DNA of 47,393 bases from Candidatus Kuenenbacteria bacterium (GTDB taxonomy: Bacteria > Patescibacteriota > Patescibacteriia > UBA2196 > GWA2-42-15). A model generated the notes under the pieces. That model had not been told where the DNA came from, ran no database searches, and saw nothing but the letters and a program-made list of their open reading frames with translations. Below are positions 35,888-45,295 of the stretch, in pieces (position 1 is the stretch's first letter; each line of letters starts with the position of its first letter). Where the stretch lies: NCBI GenBank assembly GCA_012798565.1, contig JAAZMX010000040.1, forward strand, positions 1-47,393, written 5' to 3'. The translations under genes were made by a program, and so were the position numbers.

Positions 35888-36961
35888 ATGCATACCTTAG
35901 ATAATCTTTCCCGCTTAGGCCAATTGGACACAAGCAACATGCTGGAATCTATCGCTTTTTTGCCGCGTCAAATTGAGCAAGCCTGGAGTGAAACCGAAAA
36001 ATTAAAAATCCCCGCCAATTACAAAAAGATCAACAAGGTCGTCATCAATGGCATGGGCGGTTCCGGACTCGGCACCCACCTGATCCGCTCCATTTACTTT
36101 AAAGAATTAAAACTTCCCGTCGGCAATATTCATAGTTATGATTTGCCCGGCTTGGTAGACAAAAATACTCTTTATCTTCTTTCCAGTTATTCCGGCACCA
36201 CCGAAGAACCGCTCTCTACTTTTGTCACTGCCAAAAAGCGCGGGGCCAAAATTTTGGGCATTACTTCCGGCGGAGAACTGGCGGCGTTAATTCAAAACGG
36301 CAAACTGCCCGGCTATGTTTTTTCCCCAGAAAAATATAATCCCTGCGGTCAACCGCGTATCGGTCTGGGCTTTTCTGTCGCCGGCATCTTGGGCCTTTTG
36401 AACCGCTGCGGTATTATCAAAACTGACCCCAGAGAAATTACCCGCGCTATTCAAACGGCCAGCAGTCTTAATGATACTTTTTCCGCTCGCACGCCATTTG
36501 CCCAAAACCCAGCCAAGCAAATTGCCGCGGATTTGGCTGACAAAATACCCGTGGTCATCGCCTCGGAATTTCTAGCCGGCAATGCGCACGTCCTCGCCAA
36601 TCAGCTCAACGAGAATGCCAAAACCTTTTCCACCTATTTTCTGATCCCGGAGTTGAATCACCATCTTCTGGAAGGTATGCAGCACCCCAAGACCAATAAA
36701 AATAATTTACATTTTATCTTTTTAGAATCCAATCTCTATCACCCCCGCAACCAAAAACGCTTTACTATTACCAAAGACATTCTCGCCCAAAACAAAATCA
36801 AATACTCTACCTTACCCGCTCTCGGAAACAGCTATCTGGAACAATCTTTCACCACCTTGCTCTTTGGTTCTTATCTCAGTTTTTATCTCGCCATCCTCAA
36901 CAATTTGGATCCCTCCGCTATTCCTTATGTTGATTACTTTAAGGAGAAATTAAGTCACTAA
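35888..36961 (+). CDS. bifunctional phosphoglucose/phosphomannose isomerase (SIS)
   Basis: GMGGSG, SYSGTTEE, GQPR, NENAK, PELNHH. Confidence 0.92.
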   Translation: MHTLDNLSRLGQLDTSNMLESIAFLPRQIEQAWSETEKLKIPANYKKINKVVINGMGGSGLGTHLIRSIYFKELKLPVGNIHSYDLPGLVDKNTLYLLSSYSGTTEEPLSTFVTAKKRGAKILGITSGGELAALIQNGKLPGYVFSPEKYNPCGQPRIGLGFSVAGILGLLNRCGIIKTDPREITRAIQTASSLNDTFSARTPFAQNPAKQIAADLADKIPVVIASEFLAGNAHVLANQLNENAKTFSTYFLIPELNHHLLEGMQHPKTNKNNLHFIFLESNLYHPRNQKRFTITKDILAQNKIKYSTLPALGNSYLEQSFTTLLFGSYLSFYLAILNNLDPSAIPYVDYFKEKLSH

Positions 36962-36965
36962 CTAT

Positions 36966-37229
36966 ATGAAACGATATCTCGCTACTCTCTCCATCGTTGT
37001 CACTGACCGTCAAGCCAATGTGGCCAGGGTTAACTCCCTTTTGACGAATAATGGCCACCTAATCATGTCGCGCCTGGGAGTCAATCCAAGCACTGCCTGT
37101 CTGGCTCATTGTCTTGGTATTATTATCTTGGTTTTATCCGGTGAAAAATCCGAAATTCAAAAGCTCGCCATCGACCTGGGCCGGCTCAAGGGCATAAAAG
37201 TCAAGTTGAGTATTATGTTCAGCGAATAA
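36966..37229 (+). CDS. ACT-like protein, TM1266 (iron-only hydrogenase regulator) family
   Basis: SIVV.DR....VN.LL......I.SRLGV pattern. Confidence 0.7.
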   Translation: MKRYLATLSIVVTDRQANVARVNSLLTNNGHLIMSRLGVNPSTACLAHCLGIIILVLSGEKSEIQKLAIDLGRLKGIKVKLSIMFSE

Positions 37230-37271
37230 GCCCCTACTTATTTAGCCGTGTTTTCTAGAAACACGGCTTTT

Positions 37272-37280
37272 TGTTATAAT
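37272..37280 (+). promoter_or_regulatory. extended -10 promoter, probable leaderless transcript
   Basis: TGTTATAAT 6 nt before ATG 37287, right after hairpin AGCCGTGTTT/AAACACGGCT. Confidence 0.55.
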
Positions 37281-37286
37281 AAAAAC

Positions 37287-38885
37287 ATGCCACTATTTAT
37301 TTCTTCCCCCCACCCCAATAAAGCCACGAATTTTCGTCTGGTTTTTTATTTATTATTCTTTTTGGTCGTCAGTGTTTATTTTCTCTGGCTGAATAACTCC
37401 CCGTTTTTTCCTGACCCGGATTCTTTTTACCATGCCAAAATCATTGAGCTGATCCGTGATTCCGGCCCAGTCATTAGTTTTCCCTGGCTGCCCTTTACTA
37501 CCCTTGGGGAGATTTTTATTGACCACCATTTTCTTTATCATTTGGCTGTTTTGCCCCTGACTTATTTCTTGCCCTCTCTTCTGGCCGTCAAACTCGCCGC
37601 TGTTATTTTTGCCGCCCTGGCTATTATCTTGTTTCAGTGGCTTCTGGATAAACTGCAAGTCAGATACTCCTGGCTTTTTACTTTCGTTTTGCTGTTTTCT
37701 GACCAATTTATTTTCCGTCTCAACTTGGCCAAAGCCCCCTCGCTGTCTCTGATTTTTATCTTGCTGGCTATTTATTTTCTTTCTCTATCATCCAGACGTT
37801 GGAGTTGGCCGCTTTTTATCCTCTCCTTTTTCTATGTCTGGCTTTATGGCGGTTGGCCCATACTCTTGGGAATGGGGGTAATTTATTTTATTATCACCGG
37901 GGTTGGCGAGCACTTAGAAGATGTAAAAAAGCAAGCAATCAGCAATATCGGTCAACGTTTAAAATTATTTTTTTCCAAACTGTTTAGTTGGCCAAACTTG
38001 AGGTTGCCCCTTTCTATTTTTTCCGGTCTCTTGGCCGGGCTGATCATCAATCCCTATTTCCCCACCAACCTGCGCTTCTATTGGCAGCAGACCCTTGAGA
38101 TTGGACTCAAAAATTACCGCGGGCTGGTCGATGTTGGCGGTGAATGGTATCCACCCGATTTCTTTGCTTTGGTCAGTCACAACATCTATAGCCTGATTTT
38201 ATTTCTCCTCGCCCTAGTGATCTTTTTTGTTTTCCTGCGCCGGCAGCGCCCGCTCACCTGGCTGGCTCTTTTTTTGAGTCTATTTTTCTTTTTTCTGACT
38301 CTCAAATCCCAGCGCAATATTGAATATGCTATTCCCTTTATTTTGCTTTTTTCCGCCCTGTCATTTTCTTCTTGGCTAGGCTCCGCTCCCCATCCCCGGC
38401 AACTATTTTTGAGCTACCGCCCGCCAGCCATTGTTATTATTCTTTGCTTGATTGTTTGTTTGCCCATTATCTTTTCTTACAATTTTTGGGGGCTTCGGCA
38501 GTCGCTGCGCGGTGGTTTCTCCTGGCATAAACTCGAGGTGAGCTGCGAGTGGCTCAAAAAGAATACCCCGCCTCAAACCCTTATTTTCCATGATAACTGG
38601 GCTGACTTCCCCCTTCTATTTTATCGAAATACCGAGGCTCGTTATCTCCTTGGCCTCGATCCCACTTTTATGTATTTTGAGAATCAAGAAAAATATTTTT
38701 TTTGGCGCGATGCCTCCGCCGGCCGTCTGCCCGGGCCCCTGTGCTCAACTATCAAAAACAACTTCCAGGCCGACTACATTTTTATTACCCAGCTCAACCG
38801 GGCGCTTGACCCCCATCTTGCTTCTGATCCTGGTTGTGTTAAGGTTTATGAGGACACCGAAGCCAGGATTTATCGTATCAATTAG
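37287..38885 (+). CDS. GT-C-like polytopic membrane glycosyltransferase
   Basis: PDPDSFYH loop after TM1, about 11 TMs, C-terminal soluble domain; start ATG 37287. Confidence 0.7.
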   Translation: MPLFISSPHPNKATNFRLVFYLLFFLVVSVYFLWLNNSPFFPDPDSFYHAKIIELIRDSGPVISFPWLPFTTLGEIFIDHHFLYHLAVLPLTYFLPSLLAVKLAAVIFAALAIILFQWLLDKLQVRYSWLFTFVLLFSDQFIFRLNLAKAPSLSLIFILLAIYFLSLSSRRWSWPLFILSFFYVWLYGGWPILLGMGVIYFIITGVGEHLEDVKKQAISNIGQRLKLFFSKLFSWPNLRLPLSIFSGLLAGLIINPYFPTNLRFYWQQTLEIGLKNYRGLVDVGGEWYPPDFFALVSHNIYSLILFLLALVIFFVFLRRQRPLTWLALFLSLFFFFLTLKSQRNIEYAIPFILLFSALSFSSWLGSAPHPRQLFLSYRPPAIVIILCLIVCLPIIFSYNFWGLRQSLRGGFSWHKLEVSCEWLKKNTPPQTLIFHDNWADFPLLFYRNTEARYLLGLDPTFMYFENQEKYFFWRDASAGRLPGPLCSTIKNNFQADYIFITQLNRALDPHLASDPGCVKVYEDTEARIYRIN

Positions 38886-38947
38886 CAGTTCGTATAAATC
38901 ATTTTAGATTGTGATAATTGGCCACCTTCTGTTAGCCAATGCCAAAT

Positions 38948-38981
38948 ATTGTTAATTGTTTATTGTTAATTGTTTATTGTT
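38948..38981. repeat. single-arm 7-mer array
   Basis: ATTGTTA ATTGTTT ATTGTTA ATTGTTT ATTGTT directly before GT2 start. Confidence 0.8.
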
Positions 38982-38984
38982 CTT

Positions 38985-39695
38985 ATGATCTCTATTGTTG
39001 TCCCTGTTTTTAATGAAGCCCTGATTTTGAAGAAAAATATTCTTCAGCTTTTTGAATTTTGTCAAAATAGTTTCAAGGAAGACTGGCAAATTATTATCAG
39101 TGACAATTCCTCCAGTGACCGTACCCCGGCCTTGTCTCAAGAGTTGTCCGCTCAGTATCCAGCCATCAAATATTTCCATCTGAGTCAACGCGGCAAAGGG
39201 CTGGCCGTGATCGCTGCTTGGCAAAAATTTCCCGCTGATATTTATGTTTTTATGGATGCGGACTTGGCGGTTGATTTGACCGCCCTGCCCGCGCTGGTCA
39301 CTGCCCTAAAATCCGGCTCAGATATTGCCGTCGGTTCGCGTTTTCTTGACGCTTCCCAGGTAGAACGTAGTTTTGGCCGTCGGCTTGTTTCTTTTAGTCT
39401 ACACTTGATACTAAAAATATTTTTTCATCTCCAAGTTGCTGATGCGCCCTGCGGCTTCAAGGCCGTCAATCAGAAAGTTATTACCCAAATTATCCCCCTT
39501 ATCAAAAATCAGACCTGGTTTTTTGACACCGAACTCTTGGTCCTGGCCGAGGAAAAACATTTTCTTGTCCAAGAGATACCGGTTATCTGGCGCGAACCCA
39601 AATCATCCGCCCGCCAGAGCAAAGTTTCTCTATTGCGAGTCATCGTCGAATATCTGAAAAATATTTATCAATTACGCCGCCGATTAAATCAATGA
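38985..39695 (+). CDS. GT2 polyprenol-phosphate glycosyltransferase (ALG5/DPM-like)
   Basis: SIVVPVFNE, DNSSSD, GKG.AV, DADL, CGFK, WFFDTELL. Confidence 0.9.
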   Translation: MISIVVPVFNEALILKKNILQLFEFCQNSFKEDWQIIISDNSSSDRTPALSQELSAQYPAIKYFHLSQRGKGLAVIAAWQKFPADIYVFMDADLAVDLTALPALVTALKSGSDIAVGSRFLDASQVERSFGRRLVSFSLHLILKIFFHLQVADAPCGFKAVNQKVITQIIPLIKNQTWFFDTELLVLAEEKHFLVQEIPVIWREPKSSARQSKVSLLRVIVEYLKNIYQLRRRLNQ

Positions 39696-41368
39696 TTATG
39701 CCGCGTCTCAAACTTGATAACACAACCATCTGTCTTCTGATTTTTATTTTGTTTTTTATTTTGTCTTTTTGGTTTACCAAGGCTCCCGTTGCTCAGCTTG
39801 ATTCTATGGCTCCCCAAGGCGGTGATCCTTTTTTGGTCACCTGGATTTGGTCTTGGGAAATGCATCAGCTTCCCATCAATCCACTGACGGTTTTTGATGC
39901 TAATATCTTCGCGCCCTTTAAAAATACCCTGGCCTTTACCGAACACATGTTTGGTTCATTGCTTTTGGCCTGGCCCCTGCTCTTGATTTTTAAAAACATA
40001 ATTCTTGTTTATAATCTTATCTGTCACCTAACCTTTGCGATCGGTGGTCTTGGTATGTATCTATTGGCATATTATCTAACCAAGAATCGAACCGCCTCAT
40101 TTATCGCCGCCTTTATTTATGCTTTTGCGCCTTACAAAATTAATCACTTAGAACATATCAATCTGAGTGGTCTCTGGTTGCCATATTTTTTACTTTACAC
40201 TCAAAAAATATTTGTGCGTTTCTCTTGGCCCAATGCCCTTCTTTTCTTGGGCTTTAGTCTCCTAGTTTTTCTAAACGCCATGCAGTATTTTCTTTTTTTG
40301 CCCTTTGTTTTTATCTTTTTGGCTATTGCCTACTGGCAGCCTGATAGCTGGGCACTTCTCAAAAGAAATTGGTTTAAGATCGCCGTTATTTTTTTAATAT
40401 TTAGCGCCGTTGTCGTGATCTTTACCAAGCCTTATTTTGAAATAAGACAAGAATTTGGTCTTGAACGCGCTATTAATAATATTGAAGGCCTTTCCCCTGA
40501 TTTAATAGATTATTTTATTAGCCCCTTCTTTTACCACATCTTTTATCCAGCCTTTTTCCCTGAATGGGCAATTGGCCCAGGTATTTTCGTTTGGCTATTA
40601 TTAATAACAAGCCTTGTCTTTCTTTTTCGCCGACACGCCATTGATCGTCGGTTGGTCGCTTATAGTACTTTTGGATTATTAGCCTTACTCTGTTCTCTCG
40701 GTTATTATCTCCAGTTCACTCGCGCAGAAACCAGCGGATTATTTGGTCCCTGGGCTATTTTTTATCATCTTCTGCCCGGCTTTGGTAGCATCAGGGCTGT
40801 TGGTCGCTACAGTATTTTTTTTCTCTTAGCCGCCAGTATTATTATTGCTCTCGGTTTGAAAGAATTTTTTCTTATTAAACAAAAAAATAACCTCCCAAAA
40901 ATATTTATAACCAGCGTCGCTCTTTTTATTTTGTTATTTGTAGAGTTTAGCTTTACCACCCCCAAACCTTATAAGCCGCTTTTGTCTGCTCCCGTTGTTT
41001 GTTTCTGGTTAAAGGATCAACCACTGAGTCAAATTTATTTAGAATTGCCCTCTGGTGTGAGTCTGCTGGAGAACAACTGGGATGCTATTTATGAATATTG
41101 GTCTATTTCTCATTTCCAAAAAATAATCAACGGCTATAGTGGTTATTCTCCGCGCGTTCACCAAGAGCTCAATAAACGTTTACTTGATTTTGATTTAGAT
41201 ATTTCTGATTTACAAGCAGCCAAAGATTACGGGGCCACCCGGCTCATTTTCCATTTTGGCTTTTACCCCCCAGGCTTCAAAGAGAAAATAATCAACCTTT
41301 TAGCATCAGGCGATTTTGCTAATCTAATTTATCAGAGCGAGAACGATTATGTTTATCAGATCAAATAA
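39692..41368 (+). CDS. polytopic membrane protein, GT-C/YfhO-like
   Basis: GDP..W, DANIFAP..NTLAFTE, INGYSG. Confidence 0.7.
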   Translation: MIMPRLKLDNTTICLLIFILFFILSFWFTKAPVAQLDSMAPQGGDPFLVTWIWSWEMHQLPINPLTVFDANIFAPFKNTLAFTEHMFGSLLLAWPLLLIFKNIILVYNLICHLTFAIGGLGMYLLAYYLTKNRTASFIAAFIYAFAPYKINHLEHINLSGLWLPYFLLYTQKIFVRFSWPNALLFLGFSLLVFLNAMQYFLFLPFVFIFLAIAYWQPDSWALLKRNWFKIAVIFLIFSAVVVIFTKPYFEIRQEFGLERAINNIEGLSPDLIDYFISPFFYHIFYPAFFPEWAIGPGIFVWLLLITSLVFLFRRHAIDRRLVAYSTFGLLALLCSLGYYLQFTRAETSGLFGPWAIFYHLLPGFGSIRAVGRYSIFFLLAASIIIALGLKEFFLIKQKNNLPKIFITSVALFILLFVEFSFTTPKPYKPLLSAPVVCFWLKDQPLSQIYLELPSGVSLLENNWDAIYEYWSISHFQKIINGYSGYSPRVHQELNKRLLDFDLDISDLQAAKDYGATRLIFHFGFYPPGFKEKIINLLASGDFANLIYQSENDYVYQIK

Positions 41369-41371
41369 TCT

Positions 41372-43033
41372 ATGCTCCGCACTCTTCTAAAATCTATCAC
41401 CCGCCGCGAATGGCTTTTTATTCTGGCTGTTTCTGTTTTTGTTATTTTGCTCACCACGGCGCCCTATGTTTATGGCTGGCTGGTTGCCCCGGCCGATTAT
41501 CACTACACCGGTCTGCACTCGCTCACGCCGGGAGATATTCATGTTTATTATTCTTATCTTGAGCAGGTGCGCCAGGGACACTGGCTTTTTTCTGATCTTT
41601 ACACGACCGAGCCCCAGTCATATCCAATGTTAAATATTTTCTGGTTGTTGCTTGGCTTAATAGCCAAAATTTTTTGTCTCTCCAATATTCTTGCCTTTCA
41701 ACTAGCCAGAATTCTTCTGATTCCAGTTTTAGTTTTTGTTTTATATTTTATTTCTGCTTATTTTTTTCGCACCAAAACCTGGCGGACGATTAGCTTCATT
41801 TTTTTAGTTTTTGCTTCTGGCTGGGGCGCAGTGGCCTCCCCTTTTTTGGAGGGGAATGTTTATCAGAAAGGCTGGTATAATTGGCCCCTAGATCTTTGGG
41901 CGCCAGAAAGTAATACCCTTTTGACCCTGCTCCAATCGCCCCACCTCATTCTCTCCACTATTTTTATAATTATCGCCCTCTTTTTATTCTTCCTGTCTTT
42001 GGAGCATCGACAGCTGAAATATAGCCTGGCTGCCGGTTTGTTTTGTTTAGTCCTCTTTACTTTTCACCCCTTTCATATACCCACATTGCTGGCTATCATG
42101 GCCGGTTATTTGTTTTATCAATTTATCAAAAATAAAAAAATTAGTTTTGCCTATCTAAAACATTTTCTGCTCGTCTGCTTGCTTTCTTCACCCGCCGTCA
42201 TTTATTACTTATGGCTATCCTACTATGATGACTTGACCCGTTTCCGCACCCTGCAAAATATCTGTCTGACCCCCTCTCTTTGGGTCACCCTGATCAGTTT
42301 TGGCCCGCTTTTTTTAGGGGCTATTTACGCTCTTTATAATCTCATCCGCCGCCGCGCCTGGACCAATCAAACAGTCTTTCTCACAATTTGGCTGGTGATC
42401 CAGCTTGCTTTCATCTATTCGCCCCTACCTTGGCAGAGGCGCATGCTCCAGGGTTGGCAGATACCCATGACCCTCTTGGCCGTTAGCGGGCTAAATTATC
42501 TCTATGTCTATTTGCGTCGGGTTTTATCGCCCGCTAATTTTGATTTCTATATCCGCAATAAGTATTTAGCGGTCATTGTCTTTATTACCCTGCTTTGTCC
42601 CTCACAGATTTTCAATTTTGTCCGCGAATTTTCTATCTTTACTGATCCTCAATATATCGAACAACTCTATATTTCTCCTGATCGCTTCGCTGGTTATCAG
42701 TGGCTTAAAGATCATCTCGTTGTCACCGATAAGGTGCTTTGCGACATTCTTAACGGTAACCTTATCCCTGGCCAAACCGGTCAGCGTGTTTTTGTCGGTC
42801 ATGGTGTGGAAACCTTATTTTTTGAAAGCAAATCCGCCTTTACTTTTTGGTTTTTTAAAACCAATGATCATGATGATTTAAAACAGCGATTTCTTCGGGA
42901 GAACCATTTGGACTATTTGTTTTTTAGCGGTACAGAGGACGCCATTGGTGATTTTATCCCAGCTGATAAAAATTATCTCCGTTCAGTCTTTCGCTCTGGC
43001 CAAACTGTGATTTATCAGGTAGATTTACCTTAG
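41372..43033 (+). CDS. polytopic membrane protein, GT-C-like
   Basis: D..VYYSY..Q...G.WLF..LYT.EP, about 11 TMs, C-terminal GH..ET domain. Confidence 0.7.
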   Translation: MLRTLLKSITRREWLFILAVSVFVILLTTAPYVYGWLVAPADYHYTGLHSLTPGDIHVYYSYLEQVRQGHWLFSDLYTTEPQSYPMLNIFWLLLGLIAKIFCLSNILAFQLARILLIPVLVFVLYFISAYFFRTKTWRTISFIFLVFASGWGAVASPFLEGNVYQKGWYNWPLDLWAPESNTLLTLLQSPHLILSTIFIIIALFLFFLSLEHRQLKYSLAAGLFCLVLFTFHPFHIPTLLAIMAGYLFYQFIKNKKISFAYLKHFLLVCLLSSPAVIYYLWLSYYDDLTRFRTLQNICLTPSLWVTLISFGPLFLGAIYALYNLIRRRAWTNQTVFLTIWLVIQLAFIYSPLPWQRRMLQGWQIPMTLLAVSGLNYLYVYLRRVLSPANFDFYIRNKYLAVIVFITLLCPSQIFNFVREFSIFTDPQYIEQLYISPDRFAGYQWLKDHLVVTDKVLCDILNGNLIPGQTGQRVFVGHGVETLFFESKSAFTFWFFKTNDHDDLKQRFLRENHLDYLFFSGTEDAIGDFIPADKNYLRSVFRSGQTVIYQVDLP

Positions 43034-43038
43034 AACTT

Positions 43039-43737
43039 ATGCAAGCCGTCGTAATCATTCCCACCTACAATGAAAAGGATAACTTGGCCCAACTGGTCAA
43101 AGCTATTTTTAATTTATCTATTCCCGGTTTATCTGTCTTGATTGTTGATGATAATTCTCCTGACGGTACCGGACAACTAGCCGAAGAACTCGCCGATCAT
43201 TACCCACTTCGGGTTATTCATCGCTCGGGCAAACTCGGACTAGGTTCTGCCTATCGCGAAGGCTTTCGTCATTGTCTCGACCAGGGCGCCGAGTATCTGA
43301 TCGAAATGGACGCTGATTTTTCCCATGACCCCAAAGATCTCCCGCGCTTGCTTGCCGCCGCGACCGGCGCTGATTTGGTTATCGGCTCGCGCAAGGTGCC
43401 CGGCGGGCAGATTATCGGCTGGAATTGGCGCCGCAAATTATATTCCCATGGTGCGATGTTTTTTGCCTGCTTGCTTCTTGGGCTAAAAACCAGAGATATT
43501 ACCGCCGGTTTTCGCTGTTTTCGCGCCTCTGCCCTGCGCGCGATTGATTATACTGGCATAAAGAGTAATGGCTACGCTTTTCAGATTGAAATGGTTTATC
43601 GCCTGGAAAAAGCAGGTCTGAAAATTAATGAATTACCAGTCACTTTTCTGGACCGCCAGCGAGGGTCGTCAAAGCTGGGCACTAAAGATATTCTGGAATT
43701 TTTTAAATTAGTTTTAAAATTAAAATTTTTCCGATGA
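43039..43737 (+). CDS. polyprenol monophosphomannose synthase (GT2)
   Basis: IPTYNE, VDDNSPDGTG, GLG.AY, MDADFSH, GYAFQIE. Confidence 0.92.
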   Translation: MQAVVIIPTYNEKDNLAQLVKAIFNLSIPGLSVLIVDDNSPDGTGQLAEELADHYPLRVIHRSGKLGLGSAYREGFRHCLDQGAEYLIEMDADFSHDPKDLPRLLAAATGADLVIGSRKVPGGQIIGWNWRRKLYSHGAMFFACLLLGLKTRDITAGFRCFRASALRAIDYTGIKSNGYAFQIEMVYRLEKAGLKINELPVTFLDRQRGSSKLGTKDILEFFKLVLKLKFFR

Positions 43738-45263
43738 AAAAATCCTCAGTCATTCTTTATTTAGTCCTGATTATTCTAGCCGGCCTCGCTCTGCGGCTGG
43801 TGGCCGTTTTCCATTCGCAAAGTTTTTGGTTTGACGAGATCGTCAGTCTGAAAATTGCCGAAAAGGGCTTGGTCGCCAGCTGGCAATATCTTCAGTGGGA
43901 AAACAATCCGCCGCTCCACTACTGGCTTTTGCATTTCTGGATAAAATTATTTGGTTCCAGTGAATTGGTACTGCGCCTCTCCTCGGTCCTATTCTCCACG
44001 TTAAATATTTTTTTACTTTATCTTTTAGGCAAGAAAATTTCCGGCCGGCCCGCCGTCGGACTCTTCGCCGCCTTGCTCTCGGCTTTTTCCTGCTACCACC
44101 TGTTTACCTCCATGGACGCGCGCATGTATCCGCTTTTGTTATCTTTCGGTTTATTGTCTTTTTATTTTTTCTGGGACTATCTTGAGACCGGTTCGCGCCG
44201 CCAGCTTTTTTTCTACGCCCTATTTGCCGTCGCGGCTCTCTACACCCACCTGACCGCTGTTTTTATTTTTGCCGCCGTCAATCTTTATTGGCTATTTCGG
44301 CGTTTTCTCTGGCGCCAGAAAACCCCGCCGCTTGCCAGCTGGCTTCTGGCCAATCTGTTAGTTATTTTAGCCTGGTTGCCCTGGTTTATCAGTTTCGCTG
44401 TTCACAATCTCTCTCGCCTGTCCACCAGTGCCTGGTATTTCCATACCAACGGCAGCGGTTTTTTTCTGTTTGAATTGCCGCGTTCTTTTTTCTTTTTGGG
44501 TGATGAAATCCCCCTTATAGAACTTTTTGCTCTAATCTTTTTGGGTTTATTATTTTTGTTAGCCTTCTTGCGCCTGAGGGAATTTTCTCTTTTCCGTCAG
44601 GAAATTAAAATAAAATTAGACCCGGCTCCGGGTGCTGTTTTCGCCCTCTTTATATTTATTGTGCCGCTCATGATCGGTTTTTGCTTTCAAGTTTGGGTTT
44701 CCAAATATTATATTCTCGGTAGCGCCGGTCTTTTTCTTATTTTGGCCCTTGGCTTTGACCGCCTGCATCTTCAGAATTTTTATCTGAAGATATCCTTGGC
44801 TGTCCTAATGGTTTTGTTTGCCCCCTATAATTTTTGGATTATCAAAAACCAAGGCCAGCATCAGTGGACCCAGGCCACTGCCTATGTCGAGCAAAATCTG
44901 ACCGCGGGCGATACAATCTTTTTCCCTGCTTTTATTTATGAACTGGTCTTGAATCATTATGCTACCAAGCCCTTGCCACTCAACCACAACCTGACCGCCG
45001 ATCTGGGCACCGACCGCCTGCTTTTGGCTATTAAATATAACTGGTATCCGCTCTTGGACGTCAAGACCTTACCTGACTTTCAGCAATTTTTTCATAATGC
45101 CAAACGTGTTTTTCTGATTTATCCAGACACTTCAGCTCCGGTTCATCGTTCTGAATTGGTGCTTGATTGGTTTTATAATCACGCCTGGACCAAAGTGAGC
45201 GAAAAACATTTTGGCGGCTTTGAGAGAACCACTATTTATATTTTCAAAAATCCGGCCCTCTAA
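43734..45263 (+). CDS. GT39/PMT-ArnT-like membrane glycosyltransferase
   Basis: SFWFDE, PPLHY.LL..W..LFG.SE..LRL.S, ARMY. Confidence 0.88.
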   Translation: MKKSSVILYLVLIILAGLALRLVAVFHSQSFWFDEIVSLKIAEKGLVASWQYLQWENNPPLHYWLLHFWIKLFGSSELVLRLSSVLFSTLNIFLLYLLGKKISGRPAVGLFAALLSAFSCYHLFTSMDARMYPLLLSFGLLSFYFFWDYLETGSRRQLFFYALFAVAALYTHLTAVFIFAAVNLYWLFRRFLWRQKTPPLASWLLANLLVILAWLPWFISFAVHNLSRLSTSAWYFHTNGSGFFLFELPRSFFFLGDEIPLIELFALIFLGLLFLLAFLRLREFSLFRQEIKIKLDPAPGAVFALFIFIVPLMIGFCFQVWVSKYYILGSAGLFLILALGFDRLHLQNFYLKISLAVLMVLFAPYNFWIIKNQGQHQWTQATAYVEQNLTAGDTIFFPAFIYELVLNHYATKPLPLNHNLTADLGTDRLLLAIKYNWYPLLDVKTLPDFQQFFHNAKRVFLIYPDTSAPVHRSELVLDWFYNHAWTKVSEKHFGGFERTTIYIFKNPAL

Positions 45264-45272
45264 GCCGGATTT
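45248..45272. terminator. hairpin between convergent genes
   Basis: AAATCCGGC/GCCGGATTT. Confidence 0.5.
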
Positions 45273-45295
45273 AAATTGCCAAATTAGTTCTCTCT

